A stretch of DNA of 58,509 nt, the filler included, from Sluysia triapertura (lineage: Eukaryota), in NCBI GenBank assembly GCA_046118255.1. It is 4 parts of 4 records of this genome, joined end to end, with 100 filler letters (N's around TTAATTAATTAA, not from the genome) between each part and the next. Parts side by side here need not be neighbours in the genome. Positions count along the whole stretch, not along the records: positions 1 to 18,175 come from JBJNIA010170812.1; positions 18,276 to 29,720 come from JBJNIA010184668.1; 2 more parts are not named here. One strand, 5' to 3'. Position 1 is the stretch's first letter, and the number at the start of each line of letters is the position of its first letter. The translations under genes and the position numbers were made by a program. Positions 14,206 through 28,029 of this stretch are shown here, in pieces. The notes under the pieces are model-generated. The model saw only the letters and a list, made by a program, of their open reading frames with translations. It was not told where the DNA came from and did not search any database.

Positions 14206-14870
14206 GTAAATTGCATATTTTGTAATTAATACAACAATATTAATAAAAAAAATAAGATTTGTTACAGTTGTATGATTACAAAGAGTAATTTGGTATATAT
14301 TTTTGTATTAAAATTATTCATTTTATGAATTTTGCAACAATAAAATATTAGCTGGGAAACTGTCTTAAAAGCTTTCAAAGTTAAAAATCTAACATTTTAA
14401 TACATGTATTTGCACTATTTAAAATAAATATTTAAATAATAAAACTGCTAAATAAATAAAGATTACTCAGCTGTTGAAATTATAAATAGTTGAAAATTAG
14501 TTTATTATTTTCCATTGAATTATTATCTAGAGCCCAATTCGACCTGTTGTTAGGATAAAAGTGAAATCTGATCAATATCAAAAATAAATCTGGAATAATT
14601 TAATAACTTTAATTAGCAACAACAATAAGGAGAATTTAACTATAGCACTTATGTAAACAAAATTAGACGATGAATGTAAATATGATAAATTTGTAAATTA
14701 TATTTGTTAAGAGTTCCTCTTATTTAACGTAAAGGTTAAAATACACTTAAATTCATTATTTAATTTATTTAGTTTAAAGCTAGCTTTAAAATCCATTTTA
14801 AGATTCGTCTTAATATTTCAAATTATTATTAATATTATTATTTATTATTATTATTATTTTATACTAACAG

Positions 14871-14966
14871 AGCACAGAAACTCCAGACAAAACAGAAGAA
14901 AAGCCTTTAGATCTCAGTTTACCAAAAACATCTTGTTTAATCATAGATAATTCTAAGTTATTTTAA
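14871..14966 (+). CDS. C2H2 zinc-finger gene, terminal exon STETPDKTEEKPLDLSLPKTSCLIIDNSKLF* containing PLDLS
   Basis: Acceptor tactaacag at 14870, phase 0. PLDLS at 14904-14918, TAA stop at 14964-14966, AATAAA just downstream. Too short for the ORF track. Confidence 0.7.
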   Translation, partial: STETPDKTEEKPLDLSLPKTSCLIIDNSKLF

Positions 14967-16584
14967 CTTTATAAATAAATGGAGTTATCGCAACATAGGA
15001 CATTTTATGATTTTAAAACATTTGCAAAATATTGATTAAAAGTATTAAGTCATATTATCTTAAAGTTTGAATCACATTTAAAATGTTTACAAAATTTTTA
15101 AGAGCGAAATTACTAAATAAATTATTAAATAATTCAAGTAATGAACTAGATAAAAATTAAAATTATTTGTCTAATAATGATTAAAAAATACAAAAGTAAG
15201 TGTTTTTAAAACAGGTAATGTTTAATTTTGATCAATTTTATTCGTTCGTTTTATAAAAGAAATTTTTGATTTACGACTTAAAATGATTTAATTGACAAAA
15301 TATAATTTCAGTGAAGTGTTTAAAATAAGCACAAAATACTATACTTTATATTTTTATTAAAAATTTACAATATGAAATGTTTTAATTAAGTTCATTTTTT
15401 GAATAATGTTTTATAAAATATTTTTAATTCAATCTATTTTAATAAATCAAAAAATTGACTATTGGATAACTCTATATATTTAAGCATAAATTTCTTTATG
15501 TATACTTAATTATTCATTGTGATTAAAAAATTATGATTTCTTAATTTTTGACTAAGATTACATTGTATTTTGTCTTGGTAAAGAATTACCTTTAATGTGA
15601 TGCACTTCTTTTTAATAGTAAGTGTGTCGCGGAATTTGTGGTGGATCACGAGTTAATACAGAGCTATTGTTGAAATGATTAGTAGTTTCCATTTCTGTAG
15701 GTATTTTTGTCGTAATTCGCGGATTAAAACCCGAATTCATAATATAGTTTAAAATAATTTTGTAAGTAGGTACGCAGAAAATCTCAGATCAGATGAGAGC
15801 ATAAGTATCAATCTAATCTGCTGCTATAGGTTCTTCTGACAGTATTGTTTCTCTTGGCATTATTTTTGGTGCTCTGAATAAATCTGTACAGTGTTGCTTA
15901 TAGTTCCAGTAACTTTTTATTTCAGTTTTGTTTTCAGAGTTTTAAGCATTCGAAGTTTATAATTATAATTATGATTTGCCTTAAGAACGATATAGAAACA
16001 AGAAAGAGGCAAAAACATGTATCTAAAAACATTTCAGAAAATGAATAAATATTGCAAGAATTTTGTGTTATTTGTTGATCTTTTTTAAATTTATATGATG
16101 AGTTACTTATAATCTTAGCCTTACACTATACTCTTACGCAATACAATAGAAGAATTATGTGTCACATCTTCATTTCCTATCCACTTAGAGCAAAACTAAT
16201 CATAATTTTATAGCAAAAATACTTTATTTTATATATATAATATGTAAATTTATATATAACTTATGATATATCAAATCAGGCATTCGCTAATTTGACTGAC
16301 ACTATTACCAAGATTTTATATCACAAAAATGGTGCATGCATCAAAACAATTAATTTATAGTGCAAAATTAAAATGTATAGTGCAAGTTTACATTCGATCA
16401 TAATTTTAACACTTTTAAGTATTGACGATTTAATATATAGTTTCAAAATTGTACTCAGTTATAATATATGTTAACCCAGAACACAGTTATACATAGATCT
16501 AACACAGTTGAATATATGTTATTTATATAAATGTTATTAAGACTTGTATGTATGTTAACAATAATCAACATAATTAACATAAAA

Positions 16585-17250
16585 ATTTCATTAATAATCA
16601 ACTATTATTTTTCTTTTACTCCATTCGATCTATTTTTCATAAATTACTTCTTACAGTAAAATAACAATTGTAAAAATGATGAATTTAACTTTAGTTTTTG
16701 GAATTCAATTAATTCTTAATTCCTCACACTCAATTTTCTCATGGAAAATGTTTAATGTTCTCATTCCCAAACAAACAATTTCATAAACATTTCAACTTCA
16801 TTTTCGGTTTCTCATCTTTCATAGCAATCATTTCATAATCAATTCATTATCTTTTCATCATTATAAATATGAAAAATTCAACATGTTTTAATTAAAAATT
16901 AATTAAAATTCGACTTGCTCAATAGGGAAACTTTCCTTATTTTCAAACCTCGATCAAACCTTACCTTCATGAAAGATCTCTTTCAAAACATATATACACG
17001 TGGCATTCCGCATTCAAACGCAAGGTCTTACTATGAATATAAAGTTGTTAGATACTCTATAAGATACTCAGGAGTTCCAGATGTTTTAACCTTCACCACC
17101 CTGATTCCTTTTTCTATTATTTAATGTTAATTATTAATGTATCAAACTTATCTTTAATATTATCAACATGATTTTAATTCTTGAACACTTTACAAGATTA
17201 CTCGAAGGTTTCAAAAGTTTGTTAAAGATCTCAAATGTCTTCAAAGGCTC
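16585..17250 (+). repeat. Dispersed repeat, copy 2
   Basis: Same blocks as copy 1, diverged with indels. Confidence 0.8.
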
Positions 17251-17772
17251 CAAAAGATCAACAATGTTTCAAATGATCCCAAGGTTCAGAAGTTCAAAGG
17301 TACCTTCATATTTTAGGACATCTTTCCAAATCATTCTTAAGCCTTCATAAAGGTTTCAATACCATACAAGTCTTTGGAACTTCAAGGTATTCTTCGGTTT
17401 CGAAATGATTATAAACATTTTGCTGTTCATTATTTCTTGGAGTTGTATCGATACTTTTGAGTTTTTCTTTAGAAGTTTAGAAGTTTAGAAGTTTAGAGCT
17501 ACATAAATATTAAAAGATATTAAAAGAAATTAATTGAACATGCAAATAATTAAAACATGTAAAGTAAATATTTAACTTTAAATCATGTAAAAAATGCAAA
17601 AGAAATTGAAAATTGTAAATAATTAATTTATTAATACTCTAGAAATAATTTAATTTGGTAAATTAATTAATATTGAACTTTAAATTTTAAATATTTATGT
17701 CAATACAATATTATTAGATTTAAATATTTATATTTGAGAAATAAAATGTTTATACAACTGAATTTAAAATAA

Positions 17773-18075
17773 ATGGCATACACAAAATTATCGTATAAAT
17801 AGAACGTACCGGCTCTATAAATCAGAAGAAAAAATAAGTAAAGACTGAGCGAACCGATTCACTTTCTATTGACTTACAATAATTGCGGATTACGAGAACC
17901 TCATACGAAGAAATTTATTAACTGCGCATTGCGAGAAAACCTTATTCGGAGGAAAAATTTAATTACGAGTTTCTTCTCAGTTCGTTCGTGGAAAGCTTAT
18001 ATCGTTATAAAAATATTTCTATTTATCAACTGAAGATTTCGATTTGAACATATTCTAGCGGATTTTTGGTGTAAC
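17773..18075 (+). pseudogene. Degraded divergent histone H3 variant (possibly cenH3-like)
   Basis: Collinear H3-like pieces across frames: MAYTK (MARTK), EPH...CALRE (KPH...VALRE), LIRRK, LRVSSQ (LRFQSS), KAYIV (EAYLV), EDFDL..RIFG (KDIQL.RRIRG). Stops and deletions present. Confidence 0.5.
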
Positions 18076-18175
18076 ATAAGTGTGCTATTTATTTTTAAGT
18101 TTACGGCAATAATATTTGCCTTAAAACAGACTTAAAATCTTCGAATTATTTGAAAACTCAAGTATTATACCTGAG

Positions 18176-18275
18176 NNNNNNNNNNNNNNNNNNNNNNNNN
18201 NNNNNNNNNNNNNNNNNNNTTAATTAATTAANNNNNNNNNNNNNNNNNNNNNNNNNNNNNNNNNNNNNNNNNNNN
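18176..18275. other. Artificial 100-bp contig spacer (44N-TTAATTAATTAA-44N)
   Basis: Identical construct at 29721-29820 and 43153-43252. The 12-mer gives stops in all six frames. Confidence 0.95.
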
Positions 18276-20522
18276 ACCGACTGACGTAGGCGAACCCAAA
18301 CTATAAATTAGTATTTTATAATTGTTCAGGTAGTAGTAAAAACCGAACATTTATAATGTTTGTACTGGGTTTTGCAGATTAGAAAATTCTTATTGGAAAT
18401 TTAGTGAATTTTTTGGGGTTCTAAAATTTGGATTACATATATGCTCAACACATTATTGAAAAGAATTATTTTCAGCTAAAAGTACAAGAGTAGAATCACA
18501 AGTCTTGATTATTTAAGAATGCTTATATTGTGGAAACCCAGAATTTCTTAGAGGTAATAAAGTCCGGAATCCAACATGAATGTATTTAAGATGTAAAAAT
18601 GTATAGAAAAATCTCAGTAATAATAAGTGCTAGGTTATGCAACGTTTGTTTGAAATCATTATAAGATTGTGGTTTAAAAAATGGCAGTTTTCCCATTAGG
18701 AACATTGTGATAAATATAGACATATTTAAGCCCATTTAAGCATTTATATCACGCAGATATTAAAAATAAATAAATTCATATATTATTGATATTTTCTGTT
18801 ATTCATTATAGGAAAAATTCTTTGAATTTACAAAAAAACATGAGAAAATATTTATTAAAACAAAATATTATAAAGCCGTAAAAAGTAACTTTGTAAATTA
18901 AAGTTAAAAATATTGGATTATTGATATGTAATTAGACAAATTCAAACTTTTGTGAGAAAAAATCAAAAATAAAATTGATAAAATATATAATTAAATGAAC
19001 ATACTTCTGCTGGAAGATTTGTTTTAAAGTCGGTATGCTGATTAAAAATATGATCGTCATTCTTCCTATACAAATCGAGTTATTTCCAACACAAATAGTT
19101 CAAATTCATAAATCTAATGCATGTCTTTATATTCGTTCTTATAATATCGACACGAAATTAGTACAAACTTAGAAATAAATAAAACACTATCATTCAATTC
19201 TATGAGCAACTCATGGAATGTTATCATCTAAATTTTGTAAAATTGAAATTTTAATATAAATTTTAATTATAAGTTAAAAAATGAATTTTATCGAATTATT
19301 GATAATTAAATATTTAAAATTATTAATATTGTTTAACAAAATGAAAAATGTGGAATTAACGTTTTAAAAACGTTAGAATATTTTTCAAAATACATCTTTT
19401 AAACTTTTAGACAATCATAATTATAAAGAATATAAATGATAAATATTTTCATTCACGTAAACAAAAGTAATTTGATAACACAAAGTAATTTGTCGATAAA
19501 CAATCTCAAAAATGTAATATTTTTTAAAATTTAGCATAATAAAACATTAAAAATATAAACAAAACCAAAAGAACTTCTTAAATGTTAAATAAGTTGAAAC
19601 AACAATTGCTCGTTGTTTTGTCTTGTTTTAATTAATCAAACATCGTCAATGTCTACAATCACTAATCATAACCAATCAGTATTTAACTCCTGATTCATAC
19701 ACACGCATACCGACGCATACAATGATTCAGATAGTAGAACAAATGCATACCGACTGCATTTATATTTAATAATAAAAATATAATTGTACTGTATTGGTAG
19801 ACAAAGTATAATAGTGATCGAAATAGTGGCACAATATTTTGTGATTTTTATTTATGATTTAAATGATAAATGCAAAGATTTTACAATGGGATCAGAAACA
19901 AAATGGCGCGATTTAATAAGTTTTAACAACGAATTTCTCAAAGGGAAAAAAGTCTGTGCTGTCAAATTCAAAATAATAAAATAAGAATATAAACAGAAAG
20001 TGAATCCAATGCATATAACCAAATAACTGAATTCGTGAAATTAACTACATATATATGTAAAATTTTATAAAATATTTATCCTAAGTGATATCAAATAACT
20101 TGAAAAGCATAATCCAAAATCCGACAAGAATAAGCGCTATTCTAAATGAAATGGAACAAATTAAATTGTGTTCGTATGTTATTGAATAAGAAATCGAGAA
20201 CAGTTGTTACGGAAACAACAAATTAATCACATGTGGTCCTCAGAATGTTTGACATGAGTATGTATGCTTAGAAATATTTATAATTAAATTATTCTAAGTC
20301 ATCGTCATCATAACCGAGCTTTGGTTCAGTGTAGCAATTAATCTTTTTTTGATTATTTAATTTTTATTTATTTTATGTTTAGTTTCGTACAATCACTTTT
20401 GACGATGAGAATCCACAATAAAAGAAAAATACATAAAACTATGAATAAATGTAATTTTTTATCGAATTAAATTTTTTTGACCAAATAATAATAATAGTAT
20501 TTTATAGACAAATATATTCATT

Positions 20523-20965
20523 TTAAATAATTGCTTCTTGATTATTTTGAAAATCTTCTTCATCGAATTTTCGTGTAACGAAATAAGTAGTAGGCACATA
20601 ACCTTTTATGGATAGGTCAGTTTTTTCTACAAATAACCAACCGGAATTATTCAAATCCATTTCGATTATGTAGAATTGATCACCAGAAGCAAAAGACAAG
20701 TACTGTTCTGATAAATTAGAAGCTAAATTGAAAAATAATTAACTAAAATTTACTAAATTTATATATTTTGGTTTTGAATTTTGCCTATTTCTTACTGTCA
20801 TATCCGCGCGTAACCAACAGTTATACTTGTTTATTCGCGCGCCCTTAGCTAGTTTTATGTTTTGTATTGGAAAATGATTTTTTAGTTTTTGATTTATATG
20901 ATGCTTATTGTATTTGCATGTGTAAGAAACATAAGGTATTTGAACGGGCTTTTATTGTAAGTAAT
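20523..20965 (-). pseudogene. SH3-domain gene 3' end: clean last exon 20722-20523, upstream exon with stops
   Basis: YKF|TSNLSEQYLSFASGDQFYII...GWLFV...KGYVPTTY fits the SH3 consensus. 31-nt GT-AG intron 20753-20723. The upstream frame contains TAG and TAA. Confidence 0.65.
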
Positions 20966-23900
20966 CAAATTCTATTTTAATGATCAGTTCTATGAAAAGT
21001 GGGTCGCGTGTCACTACAACATCTGTAATGATCTGCTTAATTTGTCAACCAATCATACTTAAATAATTAATACAAGAATGTGAAACAAAATAATATGTGT
21101 TATATAAACATGATGGTACCATGGTTACCATTGTTATTACTGCGAATATTCTATGCTTATCGCACTTTACGTACTTTAATATATACCCAATATTACAGCG
21201 ATGACGATTATCCTGTTTAAGAATTGTATAACCGTCCGAAGATATCTCCATCTCCTTAAACAGCATTCATCATGATTACACAAATCTATTTGTACGAAAA
21301 AATAGATATTCGAAGCAATCTCCAACTCAGAATGATACGAACCTAATCTTGTAATTATGTTGTTACTAAATAATATCAGATAATCATCAACATCAACATA
21401 CATTTAAGATTATGATTACTTTTTAAGAATTATAGACAATCGACTTCACATCCTTAATATAATCGCAAATGTTACATGCTTGTAAAAGCTTTAGTATTCG
21501 AAAAAATGTATAGTATTTACTAATATTAAAAGAGTAAACATTGTCATTTATCGTTTAATTATTCAAATCTACACATTAAATCTTTTATGTAATCACTAAC
21601 TTTAAAAATTGATATAATTAAATATAACACAAATTATCATTAAATTGTACAGTAATAACACTAAGAGTATTTATTAACCTATCTGGTGTTTTAACACATG
21701 ATCTAAAAATTATAAGTATAACTCTAAAGTTTGGTCTACAACCCAACCATTACCTAATTCGAAATATATTTTTATCATTTTGAATCTATTACAAAAATTT
21801 ATAAAATAATTATCGTACACCTTAGCTCCTACCTCGATTTCAATATTTCCTAATTGATTTACAAGTTCAGTATCATTTCATTAAGGAAAAGTACTGATTT
21901 TACATTTCAATAACTTAAATTGTAACTTAAAATTTAGTGATTCTCACTTAAATCATTTTCTAAATGGATATTTTTAGAGGATACATTCATCTGCATTTTC
22001 ATCTACTTCGACATTAATTCCAGATTCATTCGTCATTTGTAAATCTAGAAATTTACTTTTGTACAAGTTTGTATTTTTATTTTCAGTCTTGTTCGCCATT
22101 CGTAAATAATCTCAACAGCATTTAATAAAAAATTAAAATACTTTTATACATTTTTGATTTCTAAAATATCTTATCCGATGAGGTTAAAAAAATAATTGTG
22201 ACCCATATGTTTATTTGCGACTATTTCTTCTGTCATTTCACACTAAATAATAATTATAATAATAAAAACTTACTTCAGGACATACAAAATAATTGCATCC
22301 CAAAAATTTATAAATATTATGTGTTGTTTTCATTGTAACTTTATAAATTAATAACAAAGGAAAAAACTTGTAATAAATAAAAGGTCACATCTTCTTTGTT
22401 GAATAGGTATATAGTATTCGACATTCATTAAAAGATAAAATAATATCAAACTAACATAAATTATTGAAGTTTACTTACAAACTTTAGTTATACAAATTTT
22501 GATAAGAATTAAAGACAAAGTGCACACAAATATTAATATAACACTAGTTTCGTGTGAAATAATGTAGGCATAATGCCAAATATTTTAAATACGCACAATG
22601 ATTGTTATGATGACGAAGTTTACGTGTGATATTTTTAAGTTTGTTGTACATCTCATTATGCAAAACTATTTTCAACTTTGGAAACAACTTTTTCACATGT
22701 TTATATTTTGTTACACCAAATACATAAAATACTGTATGTATGTTGTACGTACTCTACAAAAAGTTTTATTTTCTTGGTACAACAATAATTGATGTACATG
22801 TTTCATTAATTACTTATTTTAGCTTTTTCGTTCAATTCATTCCATTTAATTGATAAGAATATATTACGAATAGGATCAAATCAGTCTTCCTACATTCCTA
22901 ATACGTCATTCTCTAATTAATAATTTGTTTTCATTATATAAATATCAATGAAGGCTAAATTCATTTTATATGTTTTTATACCAATAAAAATTATTTACAC
23001 AAATTTTGATAATGATACGTTATTGTCCACAACATGTTGCTACTATATTTTGAATTGTCTACTGAAATGTACAGGCCTACTAATTAACTAATGAATTTGA
23101 ATAATAAAAACCAAATGGATCAAACACATTGACACATTTGGATTTCACATGAATTGCAAACAAATGTTCATCATTAAATTACCTTTATGTATATTTACAA
23201 TGTAATCACCTTTACCCAAAGATGATGGAGTTTTGTCCAGTAGGTATATACTTTTAAACTCATTTTGAATTAGAAAAGTAATAATTGATTAATTTCTAAA
23301 CAACTTATTAAATTATATGAGGTTATTATTTATTTGTATTTCATTATAGAATAAACCATACATCTAAACATTTGTTGGTTCTTCTAATCATTTGGCAAAT
23401 TTAAAGTCTAACATCAAATTTCCTTGTGGAATTTTTCTTTTGATCGATATCAAAATAAGGTGCAAGTACAAATATAAAGAAAGGATATTCTAGTTTGTAA
23501 TCAGCCATTATTAGCTTAAATCATGTTTTTCGTCAAAACCATTAATTACCTTAATATTTTTTAATTTACAAAATCCGGCTTGAGTTAATCATGTTTCAGC
23601 ACATTCACATTGATGCAAATATATTTTATTAACGTTATTTCTGAACTTATTACATTGTAGTAATTTACACAGAAAATGTGTTTTCCACTACCGTACAATT
23701 TAGTAAGTTGCATTATTATTTAAATCCATTTTTAAACTTAAATTATAACATGTTTATAATAAATCAAAAGAAAACAAACATTAAATACTAGTAATTAATT
23801 GTTTACATTTTTTCTTTATATTTTTCTAGTAATTTTTTGAAAACTTTCTTATTAATTTCCAAATGAAGTGTACGGAGATATTCTACACATGATTAAATAG

Positions 23901-26900
23901 AAATTAATAGAATCTTAACTCTATTAGCACTAATTTAGTTTCAAGTAATTGCAATTTTATAGAGTATACATTTTCAATAATTTGAGTAGAAGTAGTATCA
24001 AAAATATGTCTTTGAATATTAATAATACGTTATATATTTTCCAAATCGACATCACTGATATATTCTATAATGCATTAAAAAGCGTTAAATAATGGTAAAC
24101 CTAATGAACCTAAGTTCGCTTCTGCAATAATTACATAATCCTTTGTGCTTTTTGGAGTACTAAAATTATTCATAGCTAATAGGTTTAACTTTTTAATTAT
24201 GGTGACCTTAATGATATAGCACTATAAGAAAAAGAACTTTCTTATGCTAATAGATTGTGTAATTAAATTATTAGCATATTCTTCATAATTTTGCCAACTT
24301 GTTGATTTATTTTTATAACTTTTGTATTTTAAAAATTTTATGAAATTTAGGTGGGCCTACATTTGTGCATCGTCCTAAATTTTTTTTGTGTTTTAGGACG
24401 ATGTTTTAGTATTATGTATAACTATATTTGGTGCTTTAAAATTTAGTTCGTGCAATGATTATACTATCTAGTACTACAAATTATGTTTAAATCTATCAAG
24501 TATCATTTAAATAATCATCAAATATTTTAAATACTACAAATATTTTGTACTCCCAAACCTAAGAAAAAAATATTTTAAACCTCAAAACAAAACAAAATTA
24601 TTTGTTTAGTTCTCATAATATTTTGTATTTTCCACATCAATTGTAAACCATCTAAGCAATATTTTCTATATATAACAATAAATTAAAATTAAAAATTTAC
24701 ATTAATTACAAATCTCCGGTATATGGTAATTTCTCATGGGTCGACATTTTCTATTTCACACTCAAAATTTCCAATAATTTGTCAATTTTCAGCGGTGCTC
24801 TATAACCTCAGTTTCAAGCAAATTTCGAAGAACTAACTGGTAATGAGTGTATCTCGTTCGAGAAGATCCACTTATAATAATTTATGATTTTCTAAATGAA
24901 CTAATTTATACACTTATTATTATTCAATTACACATGAGACACATCAGCGAATTGCAAGTTTTTAATTCCAAGCACAACTAATGTATCAGTAGCAAAAATG
25001 TTGCTACAAAATAACGCAGGAAGGAAAAAACCTCAAGTTACCAAACTTAGTTGAGAGGTTGTGTAAATTTATTGATCTGCCCATTTTGAATGTGACTGTA
25101 TGCAATCAATTTAGATTTTGCTTGGATATGAAATATATTCCACACCAAAAATATCCAATGAATACTTTTTGAAATTGCATACATATTTCGATCCATATGC
25201 ATTACCGTAAAATAAAAATTATTTGCTCATTTAGGCATACAATGACTCATACCCAATTGATAAAACACAAATTTTACAAAATGGTTATCCAATGATATAA
25301 GAAATTTTTGTCTGATAGTGAAATATACTCGTACGGAATGTACTTTTTACAAGATATAATTTACGAATTGAAGTCACATGTAAAAAATGTCAACTCAATT
25401 TGGTGAAAATGAAATTCTAAACAAATTCCAGTACATCCTTATATAAAAGTTAATGATAAAACTAATTATAAAATATTATCGTCCTAAAAATTTATATCCA
25501 TTTACAAACACCAAATACTTACTCTAGTCCAATAAACCAAATTTAATGTAGTACTCATTCTAACTAATTCGTAATAAGCGTGCGCAAATAAACTTTACAC
25601 ATATACATCATTATGTATGTAAGAACTAAAAAAATTAAATTAAAACAAAAATCGTAATTAAAGAAGATAATTGTAAATAATCTTAAATAATTTAAATAAA
25701 ATAAAAGAAATTTAGCATTTTCAATAGTTTTAAAACATTAAATTTTAAATATCCAAGGCACTTCGAAATAGGCATTTAACTCCAGAAGAAAGTAAATGAA
25801 AATGATAAGAATGTAGAAAGGAAATTATTACATTTAATTAGCGAGACGAAAAAGTTACCTATTGAATGGAAAAAACACGAGAACAAGTATAGAAATTATA
25901 TGGTCAAAGTTATAATATAGAATAAAATTAACAATTGTATGGAAGAAATTGGCCATACAATCACAAAAAATACACAGAGTATCATTTTTACATATTTAAC
26001 ACTCGAATAAGAATGTCCATATATTGCAATTAACTCTAAGGACATTTACTATTGGAAAATTATAGAGTGAAATTCAAAACATTATTGGCTATAGTATGTC
26101 AGTGAAAAATAATACATAAAATCGTATTTTCAAAGCAAAGTACAACATTAAAAATTTAATTGTGAGAATATTGTATTGAAAATTATTGTGAAATATTGTC
26201 TTAATAATTAAAACTTTATTTAAAATGAATAATAAAAACTTTCGAGGTTTATTTTTATTTTAAGTTTTGCTTGATGTATTCGTCAATAAATAAATTATTC
26301 ACAAATTTTATAAAATATAAAGCATATAAAATCAAACTCAAATGATAACCTTTTAAATATTGAACTCAAAGATGAATGTGCAAAAACTTTAAATTTACAA
26401 ATTTGTCGAACCTTTAAAGTAGTTTTAGCATTTCATTTTTCCGTATTCAATTAAAAACAATAAAAGACAATAGATTGAAACATATTTTTGAACTTCAATG
26501 AGACAAAATAAATACATAAATATATAAATAAATTGAGACTCGACCCTATTTTATTTATTTAAACAAAATATTTAGCCGTATTTGTATACTGTAATAATTT
26601 GGATTAATAGTATAATCTAAAATCCACTGCAATGATAATAATAATATATTTATATTACGTTATGTAGTGAACTCTAAATCAACTCATCACAATCACAAAC
26701 ACATTTCATCACAAATCAGTACTCCTTACATAAATAAATTACTAAACAGATTACTTAATTCATACAAAACATACTATAATTTTGCAATTATTATTATCAT
26801 ACCTGCTATCAAGCTAATAATAATTATTGTCATAATAATATTAAATTGTTGTGATTTTGCGATTATTACTGTTATAACTATTCTTGTTACTACAATGTTT

Positions 26901-28029
26901 AGTTTCTGTTCCTCTTTGTGCATATACTTTTCATTGTTTCTTGCATTTTGGCACTATTCTTATTATTACTATTTCTGCTACTTTTACTTCATTTGTCTTG
27001 CTCAAAATCGTTTAAGATAAATCATAAATTGCAACATTTATGAAACTAAAATAATTTGTAAAATTCCAAAACAATCTCATTTCATAAACTAAGTACTCAA
27101 ATACTATAATATTTCTGAAACTTCAAGAACTCTATCTTCTAATTATTATTCCTACAATTATATTACTGCTTCATTGTTATTGATTATATTTATTATTAAT
27201 GTTGTTATTTCAAACATTAATTTTTTATCTATTTATTATTATAAATAGATTATAATTTGTATATTTTGGTCATATTATTATTATCATTTATATTATTTAT
27301 AATATCATGCATATTAATTATCATAAATATTATATAAAAATTAGAAATTATTAAAATTTAATAATAATAGGCAACAAAATTTAATCATTGTTTCATTTTA
27401 TAATAAAATGAATAAAACCAAATGTGTTCCTGAAAAATAGTGATTTTGATCTGATTGAAAATTATATTAGTTCAGCTATTATCTTATTAATTCTATTTTA
27501 TTTTTTTGTTTTATATGATAGATTTAAAGAAGAAATTTATTACGAAAGAAAAAATAATGGTACAATTGTAAGAGGTGTAGCTCTTAATTTGTAGTGTTTG
27601 TATATCAGTAATACCAAATAATGAAATAAGGCGACTAGAACAATTAAATGTATTTATATTTACAGTAGCTTCATCCGAATTTGCGCGCAATTTGACTTAT
27701 ACGATTATTTCTGTCATGATGCATGTTTGTCTTTTATCTTTTTATTTTAGTTACGTTTTTGTTTAATATAAGTTCATTTGTTGATTTAGTCATATTATTC
27801 GAATAAATTTTATGAATTTTAATGAAGGCCTTAAGCCTAAAAATATTGTTCATGATTATAAAAAAAGAAATATAAAAATTTTTAATAAGTTTAATGTTTT
27901 AAAGTTACAAAGAAAGACAATAAATTTTCATTTTATAAACAAATTTATTAATTACATCAATCCCTCCACACGTTAATACATATTATCAAAGAAATACTCA
28001 AAAGTGCTTAAAACAAATCACTCATAATA

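Noticed and set aside
14257-14560. Extra mini-exons for the zinc-finger gene (ICYSCMITKSNL; SPIRPVVRIK)
   Set aside because: AG/GT boundaries are plausible but there is no independent support, and the model is phase-consistent without them.
15600-15900. DPPQIPRH as an AMPK beta-subunit fragment
   Set aside because: Only a short Pro-rich resemblance; insufficient.
18220-18231. Palindromic TTAATTAATTAA recurring three times as a biological motif
   Set aside because: Always centred in exactly 44+44 Ns, so it is an assembly linker.
20754-20965. TAA/TAG reassignment to explain in-frame stops in the SH3 and other fragments
   Set aside because: Intact malic enzyme and zinc-finger exons contain no in-frame stops, the zinc-finger gene ends in TAA, and the fragments also carry frameshifts and TGA stops.
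26667-27020. 117-aa hydrophobic ORF as a membrane protein
   Set aside because: Low-complexity ATT/TAT-rich sequence, non-ATG start and no motifs. The same applies to ORFs at 402, 22598, 29235, 29769, 44290 and 52759.
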